Shown: piece after piece, positions 47,935-56,084 of the stretch
Position numbering within the stretch: position 1 is the first letter of the stretch
How the letters are laid out: each line of letters begins with the position of its first letter
The notes under the pieces: model-generated
Databases searched by the model: none
What the model saw: the letters and a program-made list of their open reading frames with translations, nothing else
Told to the model about the DNA's origin: nothing
Assembly (NCBI GenBank): GCA_965220965.1
Contig: OZ244852.1
Location: 96,001 to 160,000, forward strand
Source of the DNA: Candidatus Marinacidobacterium sp.
GTDB lineage: Bacteria > Acidobacteriota > Vicinamibacteria > Marinacidobacterales > Marinacidobacteraceae
Length of the DNA stretch: 64,000 nt
Direction of reading: 5' to 3'
Program-made: the position numbers and the translations under genes

Positions 47935-49737
47935 GTGAAGTCGCCTGATCCGGGTTCTCCGGATCGCGCCCGAGCGGGCGGTGTCCCGCTCGCGCTGTTT
48001 CTGGCGCTTTGCGTCAGCATCGGATGGGTCGCCTGTGGCGACGGGGATCCGGCCCCGACGCCGGATCCGGCGCCGACCCCCGCTCCGGAGCCGCAGACCC
48101 CAGTGGCGCCCGGGGACCTCCGGGTGGCGGGGACCGGGCCCACCTGGATCGAGTGGGCCTGGGCCGCGGTGTCGGGCGCGAGCGGCTACGAGGCGCAGTT
48201 CAGCCACGACCCCTCGTTCACGTCGGAGGACCCGACGTTCCTGAAGACGGCGGCGGAGACGAGCCACCGGGTGGAGAACCTTCCCGGGGCGACGTCGGGC
48301 CTCTTCCGCGTCCGCACGCTGGTGGGAAGCGGGAGCAACGCGGTCCGGAGCGACTGGTCGGCAACGGTCTCTGGCATGACCGACGCCGCCGGGCCGGCGC
48401 CCGGGCCGACCCCGCTGGCGACGCCCGGCAACCTCCGCGCGACCGGACAGGGCGACGACCGCATCGATCTGGCGTGGAACGGCGTCCCGGACGCCGACGG
48501 CTACGAGATCGAGCAGCGGGTCGACGGAGCGACCGCATGGAGCAGCGCGAGCTGCGGCGGCTCGGACAACCTGGTCGACGGGACAAGCTGCGCGGTCACC
48601 GGACTGGACCGGGGGACGGCGTATGACTTCCGGGTGCGGGCGCTTCCGGACCTGGGGGATGATCGGCGCGCGGTGAGCGCGTGGTTGGAGACGGCGAGCG
48701 CGATCAGCACGACGGGTACGCCGGCGGCGCCGCCCGTCAGTAGCGGCGGCGGCGACCTGAACGTCACCTGGACTTCGAACCGGAACGAGGTCACCTGGTT
48801 CTGGGATCAGGCGGATGACCGGGCGGCGAACCACGAGACGGCGCTCCTCGACAAGGAAATCTTCGGCGCCAGGACATGTCCGGACCCGGACTCCAGCAGG
48901 TGGACGAACCAGGGCGCGTCGACCCGCCTGAGCGACCCGAACGTGGAGGCCGGAGAGGTGCTTCTGCTCTGTGTGCGCACGAGGTCCGGCGACGCCGTGA
49001 GCGCGCCCTCGTTCGCCTGGGCGACGATCCCGACCGATCCGGGCGCCGTCACCCCCAGTGACGCGAACGGCCGGACGACCGCCATCAGCGTTTCCGGCAT
49101 CGAGCTGAGCCCCGGCTTCCGCTACGTCTTCCGCCGGGTGGCCACCAGCGTCATCGACACGTCCTTCGCCATCAGCGACTGCGAGGGCGGAACGGCGCTC
49201 GGAACCGAGTCCAGCGACATCGCGATCCCGCTGGACGCCTACCGGATGACGGGCCTCGCGAGCTACACGCGCTACGGCCTCTGCTACCGGGCGGAGACCG
49301 ACTCGGGGGAGTCGGCGTGGCGGTTCACTCCGACGGGCGCCCTGACCCTTCCCGGGGCGCCGTCGACTCCGAGCGCGGTGTCCTCGAGTCTGGCCGCCGG
49401 GTCGGTGACCCTGGAGTGGACGGTGGCCACCCGCGACCGGGCGGACGTTCCGAGGAGCGGGACCGCCGACAACTACAACTTCAGGGTTCTCTCCGCGCTG
49501 GCCACCGGACCGGATCCGACCGCCGCCGATTGCTCGACGCCGGGGAACGATGTGATCGACACCGGTCGCTCGGTCAACCCGTCGAACACGCAGGACGGCT
49601 TCCTCGCGACGACGCGGCTCCGCGCCGCCCCGAGGGCGAGCACCGACTATTCGCTCTGCGTCCAGGCGAAGCTGTCAAATGACCGGACCGGCCCCTGGAC
49701 GATCGGCCAGGAGATCCGCATCGCGGGAACTTCCTGA
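47935..49737 (+). CDS. fibronectin type III domain lipoprotein, paralog 2
   Basis: Collinear paralog of 46015..47841 with the same Cys positions. Confidence 0.85.
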   Translation: MKSPDPGSPDRARAGGVPLALFLALCVSIGWVACGDGDPAPTPDPAPTPAPEPQTPVAPGDLRVAGTGPTWIEWAWAAVSGASGYEAQFSHDPSFTSEDPTFLKTAAETSHRVENLPGATSGLFRVRTLVGSGSNAVRSDWSATVSGMTDAAGPAPGPTPLATPGNLRATGQGDDRIDLAWNGVPDADGYEIEQRVDGATAWSSASCGGSDNLVDGTSCAVTGLDRGTAYDFRVRALPDLGDDRRAVSAWLETASAISTTGTPAAPPVSSGGGDLNVTWTSNRNEVTWFWDQADDRAANHETALLDKEIFGARTCPDPDSSRWTNQGASTRLSDPNVEAGEVLLLCVRTRSGDAVSAPSFAWATIPTDPGAVTPSDANGRTTAISVSGIELSPGFRYVFRRVATSVIDTSFAISDCEGGTALGTESSDIAIPLDAYRMTGLASYTRYGLCYRAETDSGESAWRFTPTGALTLPGAPSTPSAVSSSLAAGSVTLEWTVATRDRADVPRSGTADNYNFRVLSALATGPDPTAADCSTPGNDVIDTGRSVNPSNTQDGFLATTRLRAAPRASTDYSLCVQAKLSNDRTGPWTIGQEIRIAGTS

Positions 49738-49825
49738 CCCGGTCTCCGGCCGTTCGGGGAGGCCCGGCGGCCCCGGAATCCCCGGACTCCGGTCGGGCGC
49801 CCGGAGGGCGCGGCCCCGGGCGATA

Positions 49826-51415
49826 ATGGAGCGTCGAGCGTCCATCGTGCCTCCGGAACCAGCGAACGCCGCGCGGCGGAAGCTGCCCATCGGCCTCCAG
49901 ACCTTTCGCACGGTCCGCGAAGGGGGCTACTACTACGTCGACAAGACGCCGTTCATCGAACGTCTGGTCGGTGGCGGGACGCACTACTTCCTCTCGCGCC
50001 CCCGCCGCTTCGGCAAGAGCCTGCTCCTGGACACGATCAAGGAGCTGTTCGAGGGGAACGAACCGCTCTTCCGGGGCCTGGCCATCCACGACCGCTGGGA
50101 CTGGTCCGCGCCGCATCCCGTCGTCCGGTTGAGCTTCGGGAGCGGGGACTTCGCGGAGCCGGGTGAAGTCCGGGCCGAGGCTCTGGACCAGGTGGAGGTT
50201 CTGGCGCAGGACGCCGGTCTTGCTCCCGGATCCGACCACCCGGCGCGCGCGCTCCGCCGCCTGATCCGTTCGCTCCACCAGGAGACCGGCCGGCGGGTGG
50301 TCGTGCTGGTGGACGAGTACGACAAGCCGATCCTCGACGCGCTTCGGGATCCGGAGATCGCGCGGGCGAACCGGAACTTCCTGCGAGGGCTCTACGGAGT
50401 CATCAAGGATTCGGACGCCCATGTCCGCTTCACGCTGCTCACCGGGGTCAGCAAGTTCTCGAAGGTGAACCTGTTCTCCGGGCTGAACAACCTCCGCGAC
50501 ATCACGCTGGATCCGCGTTATTCCTCGATCTGCGGCTACACGGAAGCCGACCTGGACACCGTGTTCGCCCCGGAGCTGCCGGGGCTCGACCGCGCGGCGA
50601 TCCGGGAGTGGTACGACGGCTACAACTGGCGGGGAGCGGAAAGCGTCTACAACCCCTTCGATGTGCTGCTGCTGTTCGATCGGCGCGAGTTCGGGACATA
50701 CTGGTTCGAGACCGCGACGCCGAGATTTCTCGTGGACACGCTGATGGAGCGCGGAGCGCCGACGTTTCGGCTCGACGGACTGATCGCGGACGACGCGCTG
50801 TTGTCGTCGTTCGAAGTGGAGGACATCGCGCCGGAGGCGCTGCTCTTCCAGACCGGGTATCTGACGATCCACGAGGCGGAGGAGGTCGAGGGGGAGATGT
50901 CCTACCGGCTGGGATATCCGAACCGCGAGGTCCGGCAGAGTCTGAACCGCTCGCTGGTGGGCCGCCTGACGAGCGGTTCCGTCGAGTGGCCGGAGCGGCG
51001 GCCAAGGCTGCTGGAAGCGCTCCGGAGGAGCGACTTCACCGGTCTGGAACAGGAGTTCCGGTCGCTCTTCGCCGGGATCCCGACCGAGTGGCATACCCGG
51101 AACGAGATCGCGCGGTACGAGGGGTATTACGCGAGCGTGTTCTACGCGTGTCTCGCGGCGCTCGGGATGGACATCCGGGTGGAGGACAGTTCGGCGGCGG
51201 GCCGGCTCGACCTGGCGCTGCTCCACGGCGGCCAGGTCGTCCTGTTCGAGTTCAAGGTCGTGGAGCGCGCCGGGGAGGGCGCCGCGCTCCGCCAGCTTCA
51301 GGACCGTGGGTATGCGGAGAAGTACCGAAGCCGGGGCGAGCCGATCCACCTGGTGGGGGTGGAGTTCAGCGAGAAGACCCGGAACCTGAGCGGGTTCGAG
51401 GTCGCGGCCGGCTGA
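49826..51415 (+). CDS. AAA-ATPase-like + PD-(D/E)xK nuclease (DUF1703/PDDEXK_9) protein
   Basis: KLPIGLQTF, YYVDKT, SRPRRFGKS, LVDEYDKP, SGLNNL, GRLDL..FEFK. Confidence 0.9.
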   Translation: MERRASIVPPEPANAARRKLPIGLQTFRTVREGGYYYVDKTPFIERLVGGGTHYFLSRPRRFGKSLLLDTIKELFEGNEPLFRGLAIHDRWDWSAPHPVVRLSFGSGDFAEPGEVRAEALDQVEVLAQDAGLAPGSDHPARALRRLIRSLHQETGRRVVVLVDEYDKPILDALRDPEIARANRNFLRGLYGVIKDSDAHVRFTLLTGVSKFSKVNLFSGLNNLRDITLDPRYSSICGYTEADLDTVFAPELPGLDRAAIREWYDGYNWRGAESVYNPFDVLLLFDRREFGTYWFETATPRFLVDTLMERGAPTFRLDGLIADDALLSSFEVEDIAPEALLFQTGYLTIHEAEEVEGEMSYRLGYPNREVRQSLNRSLVGRLTSGSVEWPERRPRLLEALRRSDFTGLEQEFRSLFAGIPTEWHTRNEIARYEGYYASVFYACLAALGMDIRVEDSSAAGRLDLALLHGGQVVLFEFKVVERAGEGAALRQLQDRGYAEKYRSRGEPIHLVGVEFSEKTRNLSGFEVAAG

Positions 51416-51439
51416 AGGCCCGTCCGGGCGGGCGCCGAT

Positions 51440-51847
51440 CTACTCGTACGCCACCGACAGGCGGAAGCGGGCCCCCGCCTTCGCCGCCCGGTCGAGAATG
51501 CCCCGGAGCCCCTCGAGTTCCCCGAGGACGCCCGCCGCGTCGCCGAACTCCTCCGGCGCCGCCCGGACCGCGGCGCGCAGCGCGTCCACCAGCTCGAGGC
51601 CGGCGGCGGCCGAGAACCAGCCCGCCGGGCTCACCGAGTCCACGTCCGCGTCGAAGTTCAGGTCCGCCGCCAGGATCTCGGACTCCTCGGCGCTCAGGCT
51701 CACGAACTCGTCGAGCGGCTTGAGCCCGGCCTCCTCGGCCGCCTCGCTCAGTTCCCAGCGGGCGCGGTTCAGCGCGTGCCCGGCGAACGCCTCCGGTTCG
51801 GCGCCCTCGACCCGGCGGTCGAGCGCCACCGAAAGACCGACCGGCAT
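51440..51847 (-). CDS. hypothetical protein
   Basis: Plausible GC-biased ORF filling the gap between genes; no family recognised. Confidence 0.65.
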   Translation of the reverse strand: MPVGLSVALDRRVEGAEPEAFAGHALNRARWELSEAAEEAGLKPLDEFVSLSAEESEILAADLNFDADVDSVSPAGWFSAAAGLELVDALRAAVRAAPEEFGDAAGVLGELEGLRGILDRAAKAGARFRLSVAYE

Positions 51848-51889
51848 GGCTTGAGGAAATCCGGCGCCGGGGTCCGCGTCAGGCGCCGG

Positions 51890-52873
51890 TCAGTCGTCGG
51901 TGGAAGTGACCACGCCCGGCTTGTAGGCGAGTTCGCCCGCCTCGACCCGGAAGGGCAGACGGTTCTGGGACGGCGGCGTCGGGCAGGTCGTGTAGGGGCT
52001 GAAGCCGCAGGGCGGTGACAGCGCCCGGTTGAAGTCCAGGATGACCCGGCCGTCCTCCGGCGGCGGAACCGTCAGGAACCGCGCCGCCGGGTAGGTCTCG
52101 CTGCCGCTCGTCCCGTCCGTCATCACGAAGAACAGGTTCCCGTTGGCGCGGGTGAACGCCTGCATCCGGATCGGCTGCCCGTCCCAGTCGAAGACGGCCT
52201 CGCCGTCCGTCACGTAGTCCTCGAGATCGCCGCGGATGTTCACCGCCTTCACCGCGAGCCGCTCCGGATAGGGTTCGAACGCGGCCTCCACCCGGAACGC
52301 GGGATCGAGCGGGAACCACTTGCGCCCGGTGAAGTCGGCGCGCAGCGGATGGTCGAGGTCGCGCAACCGGAGCGCCCGGCGCTCTCCGCTGGTGTGGAGC
52401 CAGAACCACACCCGGTCATCCAGAACGACCGCGTGGTCCTCGCCCACCGTGAGCTCGCCCTCCTCGAAGGGCTCGTCCCCCACCATCGCGGAGACGCCGT
52501 CGGCGACCCGCGCGTGCGCGGTCCCGTCGGCGCGGAAGGTCACGGACACCGCGAGTTCGGGGAACCGGTCGGCGATCCGCAGGTCGGCCTCCGCCCCCGA
52601 TCCGACGGTGTGCTCCCCGGGCGTCAGGAAGTGGATGCCCGCGACCGTGAGCCAGCTCCGGTCGGCTACCAGGGCGGCCTCCACATCGGCGCGGTAGGCG
52701 GTCTCGGCTTCGCGCCACGCGGACTCGTCGAACGGCGCCGGCGAGGGCGCGCACTTCACCGAGAGGAAGGCGACGAGCGCGCCTCCGGCGAGCAGCGTGA
52801 ACCGGTTCGCGCGCCGACATCGCCCCGCGCGCGGGAAGTGGATGCGACGCGGGGAGTGAAGGCGTACGGACAT
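51890..52873 (-). CDS. DUF1684 domain protein
   Basis: WLTVAG, D.TSGSETYPAARFL, ILDFNRA..PPC.FSPYTTCP.PP..N.L; start uncertain. Confidence 0.85.
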   Translation of the reverse strand: MSVRLHSPRRIHFPRAGRCRRANRFTLLAGGALVAFLSVKCAPSPAPFDESAWREAETAYRADVEAALVADRSWLTVAGIHFLTPGEHTVGSGAEADLRIADRFPELAVSVTFRADGTAHARVADGVSAMVGDEPFEEGELTVGEDHAVVLDDRVWFWLHTSGERRALRLRDLDHPLRADFTGRKWFPLDPAFRVEAAFEPYPERLAVKAVNIRGDLEDYVTDGEAVFDWDGQPIRMQAFTRANGNLFFVMTDGTSGSETYPAARFLTVPPPEDGRVILDFNRALSPPCGFSPYTTCPTPPSQNRLPFRVEAGELAYKPGVVTSTDD

Positions 52874-52944
52874 GACGGGGCCAAGTCTACCGGGAGCGGG
52901 TGGGGAGAGCGCGAGCCCCGGAGCCGCGCCGGACGCCCGCGCCC

Positions 52945-53442
52945 CTACGATTCCCGGCTCGCCGAAGCCCGCGCCGTGACCCAGGTGATGAGGCCGCCGA
53001 GCAGCGTGGTCCACGCCACCAGCCAGAAGAACACCTGTGCGAGGACGCCGCCCCAGAACCACTGGGCGATCGGGCTCATCGTCTCCATGTCGGGCGGGTA
53101 GGCGTCGTAGTGCGTGCCCCAGTCGCCGAGCGTGGCGAACAGCATGATCAGGATCACCGGGATCCGCGCCCCCAGGCCGTAGACGAAGTTCGTCACCAGC
53201 GCGGCGCGGAACCCGGCCTCTCCCTGCCGAGCCAGCTTCCGTCCGAACCAGACGGCGAAGATCGGCGCCAGCCAGGAGATCCCGATGATCGCGCCGGTTC
53301 CCCCCGCCTCCCGGTTCACCAGGAAGTCGGGCAGCCCGCCGAGCGCGCCCAGCAGCCGGACCAGGGTAACCGCGAGCGAGATGAGGACCGCGGTTCGCAC
53401 CAGCGTCCAGGCGGAAGCAAAGGACATAAAAGAGGATGCCAT
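52945..53442 (-). CDS. hypothetical membrane protein
   Basis: About four hydrophobic segments, WGTHYD motif. Confidence 0.7.
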   Translation of the reverse strand: MASSFMSFASAWTLVRTAVLISLAVTLVRLLGALGGLPDFLVNREAGGTGAIIGISWLAPIFAVWFGRKLARQGEAGFRAALVTNFVYGLGARIPVILIMLFATLGDWGTHYDAYPPDMETMSPIAQWFWGGVLAQVFFWLVAWTTLLGGLITWVTARASASRES

Positions 53443-53554
53443 GGAAAAACCGCCTTCGTCGTCAGGGACCCGGGAGCGCCGGCGGCGACCCGGGGTCCGG
53501 CTGTGGAAGCGCGGGAGTTTGTCAGACTATGGCCCTTCCCACCGAGGTTCCGCC

Positions 53555-55183
53555 GTGAAGCCGTCCCCTGTCCATCGTCCCGTTCCGTTCCTGCTCGCCG
53601 CCGGCGCCGCCGTCCTGGCGCTCTCCTGCGGGGCGCCGGCCGGGCGCTTCGATGAGGCGCGTCTCCTCGCGCACATCGAGACCCTCGCCTCCGACGAATT
53701 CGGCGGACGCGCGCCCGGGACGAACGGGGGCGAGGCGACGGTCCGGTATCTGAGCGAGGCGTTCCGCGACCTCGGCCTCGAGCCCGGGAACGCGGCCGCC
53801 GGCGAGGACGCCGGGTGGTTCCAGGAAGTGCCCCTCGTCAGCTATCGCGCGGTCACGATGGAGGCCGCGTCGGATCCGGGCGGGTCGTGGGCGCCGGGCG
53901 CGGAGTTCGTGGCCTGGACGCGGCGGCCCGAGGCCGCCACCGAGGTCTCCGGCGAGCTCGTCTTCGCGGGGTACGGGGTGACGGCGCCGGAGTACGGCTG
54001 GGACGACTTCGGGGACGTCGATCTCGCCGGCAAGGTGATCGTGGTGCTGGTGAACGACCCGCCGGGGGAGCATCACTTCGGCGGCGATGCGATGACCTAC
54101 TACGGGCGCTGGACCTACAAGTTCGAGGCGGCGGCGGCGCAGGGGGCGCTCGGCGCGCTCATCGTCCACGAGACCGGCCCCGCCGGCTATCCGTGGGCAG
54201 TCGTCGAGCAGTCGTGGACCGGACCGCAGTTCGATCTCCGGGCCGGGGCGGCTGCCGAGACCCCCGACCAACTCGCCGTCCAGGGCTGGATCCACCGCGA
54301 CCGGGCCGTCTCGCTCTTCGCCGAAGGCGGCAGCGACTTCGAGGCCGCGAAGGCCCGCGCCGCCGAGCCGGGCTTCGCGCCGGAGCCTCTGGGCGTCCGG
54401 GTCGACTTCCGGCTCGAGACGACCCGCTCCGAGCTGGAGTCCAGGAACGTCATCGCGATGGTTCCCGGACGGGAGGCCCCCGGCGAAGCGGTGATCTACA
54501 CCGCGCACTGGGACCATCTCGGGACCGCCGAAGGGATGGAGGGAGACAACATCTTCAACGGCGCGCTCGATAACGCCACCGGCACGGCCGGCCTGCTGGC
54601 GCTCGCCGAGGCGTTCGCGAGCGAAGGCCCCGCCCGGCGCAGCGTCGTGTTCCTCGCGGTGACCGCCGAGGAGCAGGGCCTCCTCGGTTCCCGCCACTAC
54701 GCCGAAAACCCCCTCCTGCCGAGGGCGGACACCGTCGCGGCGCTCAACATGGACGGCATGAACGTCTGGGGTCCCACCTCGGACCTCACGGTCGTGGGGC
54801 TCGGCCAGTCGCAGCTCGACGACATCGCCGCGGAGGTGGCGGCGGAGCTCGGGCGGACCCTCCACCCCGACCCCGAGCCGGAGAAGGGCTACTACTACCG
54901 GTCGGACCACTTCGAGTTCGCCCGGGTGGGGATCCCGGCGTTCTACCCCGACACCGGGACCGACTTCATCGGACGTCCCCCCGAATACGGGATGGAGGTC
55001 CGCGCCGAGTACGTCGCCGAGCGCTACCACAAGCCGGCCGACGAGGTGGAGCCGTGGTGGGACCTCTCCGGCATGACCGACGACCTCGAGTTCCTCTACC
55101 GGATGGGCCGCCGGCTGGCCGAGGGCGACGACTGGCCCGAGTGGTCGGAAACCAGCGAATTCCGAGCCCGGCGCGCGCGGTGA
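53555..55183 (+). CDS. M28 family peptidase lipoprotein with PA domain
   Basis: Lipobox ALSC; SDEFGGRAPG, YYGRWTYKFE, TAHWDHLG, NGALDNATG, TAEEQGLLGS, RSDH, YHKPADE. Confidence 0.92.
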   Translation: MKPSPVHRPVPFLLAAGAAVLALSCGAPAGRFDEARLLAHIETLASDEFGGRAPGTNGGEATVRYLSEAFRDLGLEPGNAAAGEDAGWFQEVPLVSYRAVTMEAASDPGGSWAPGAEFVAWTRRPEAATEVSGELVFAGYGVTAPEYGWDDFGDVDLAGKVIVVLVNDPPGEHHFGGDAMTYYGRWTYKFEAAAAQGALGALIVHETGPAGYPWAVVEQSWTGPQFDLRAGAAAETPDQLAVQGWIHRDRAVSLFAEGGSDFEAAKARAAEPGFAPEPLGVRVDFRLETTRSELESRNVIAMVPGREAPGEAVIYTAHWDHLGTAEGMEGDNIFNGALDNATGTAGLLALAEAFASEGPARRSVVFLAVTAEEQGLLGSRHYAENPLLPRADTVAALNMDGMNVWGPTSDLTVVGLGQSQLDDIAAEVAAELGRTLHPDPEPEKGYYYRSDHFEFARVGIPAFYPDTGTDFIGRPPEYGMEVRAEYVAERYHKPADEVEPWWDLSGMTDDLEFLYRMGRRLAEGDDWPEWSETSEFRARRAR

Positions 55184-55200
55184 ACCGAGCGGCCAGGGCA

Positions 55201-55548
55201 GGGGGCTCCCCGGGTCGAGCGCTGTCGCGCCGGCGCCACGCGGAGCCCCGACATGCCCCCTTCCCTGACCGCCTGGCCCTGCGGGCCGGCAATCGAAACT
55301 TGCTACGCCAAGTTCCGATTGACCGGACCAATCGCGGGAGGGGGTTCCCCCCTCCCGGGCCCACCCCGGACTACGCGGGTGGTGCGGGGAAGGAGCGACT
55401 CCGGTTGAGCGATGTAGTGCTGGTCCACCCGGAGCCCCGACATGCTCCCTTCCTGACCGCCTGGCCTTGCGGGCCAGCAATCGACTGCGCGGGTGGTGCG
55501 GGGAAGGAGCGACTCCCGGTCGAGCGCCGATGCGCTGGTCCACCCGGA
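55201..55548. repeat. tandem ~115-bp imperfect repeat cluster with inserted hairpin element, 3' of tRNA-Pro(CGG)
   Basis: 55241-55296 ~ 55430-55484; 55369-55433 ~ 55483-55548; degenerate partial copy at 55201-55244. Confidence 0.75.
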
Positions 55549-55603
55549 TGGTCCGCGGGCCCCCGCGAGAACCCCTCACCGAACCCACCCCGGATCGGCC
55601 GCG

Positions 55604-55677
55604 TCGGGGCGGCAGGATTTGAACCTGCGACCCCCTGATCCCGAACCAGGTGCTCTGCCAGACTGAGCCACGCCCCG
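55604..55677 (-). tRNA. tRNA-Pro(CGG), CCA not encoded
   Basis: CGGGGCG...CGCCCCG-A; anticodon loop TTCGGGA; GGTTCAAATCC T-loop; TAGAAT -10 at 55694-55699. Confidence 0.93.
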
Positions 55678-55884
55678 TGCGGCCGGGGGGCGGATTCTAG
55701 TCGCGCCACCGGTCTTCCGGGGCGCCCGGCGACGAGGGGTGGTTGACATGGCGCCTCGCGCTGTGTTGGAGTTGCCGCCTTATTCGCCCGAGCGGGCCTC
55801 CTTCCGGAGGACGGGCGCGGGCGGACGATCCAGGAGAGTTTCTTGAGACAGGACGCCGACCCCCTTTGCCGTGGGTCTGGCGCC

Positions 55885-55913
55885 TTGCCACCCCGACCCC
55901 ACCTGCCTATACT
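55885..55913 (+). promoter_or_regulatory. sigma70-type promoter for lipoprotein A1
   Basis: TTGCCA-17 bp-TATACT, about 170 bp before ATG 56085. Confidence 0.6.
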
Positions 55914-56084
55914 CTCCCCTCATTCGCCCGGCGCGTTCAGCGCGCTCGGGTTTTTCCCGTTCTACGGGAGCTAGCCATTGAATTTCACGAGACGGCGTCC
56001 TTGCCCCCGTCGGACTCCCCCCGGAGTCCCGGTTGTGGCGATGGTTGCGGTCCTGTTTCAAACTACCTACGGGAGGTAGGCCAA

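Noticed and set aside
55201-55548. CRISPR array
   Set aside because: Units are ~115 bp, imperfect and lack unique spacers; no cas genes.
40971-55677. Genomic island bounded by the two tRNA-Pro genes
   Set aside because: Different isoacceptors on opposite strands; no integrase or att duplication, and no compositional shift apparent by eye.
55743-56084. N-terminal extension of A1 as given by the ORF track
   Set aside because: Paralogs and the RBS place the start at 56085; the upstream DNA contains the promoter candidate.
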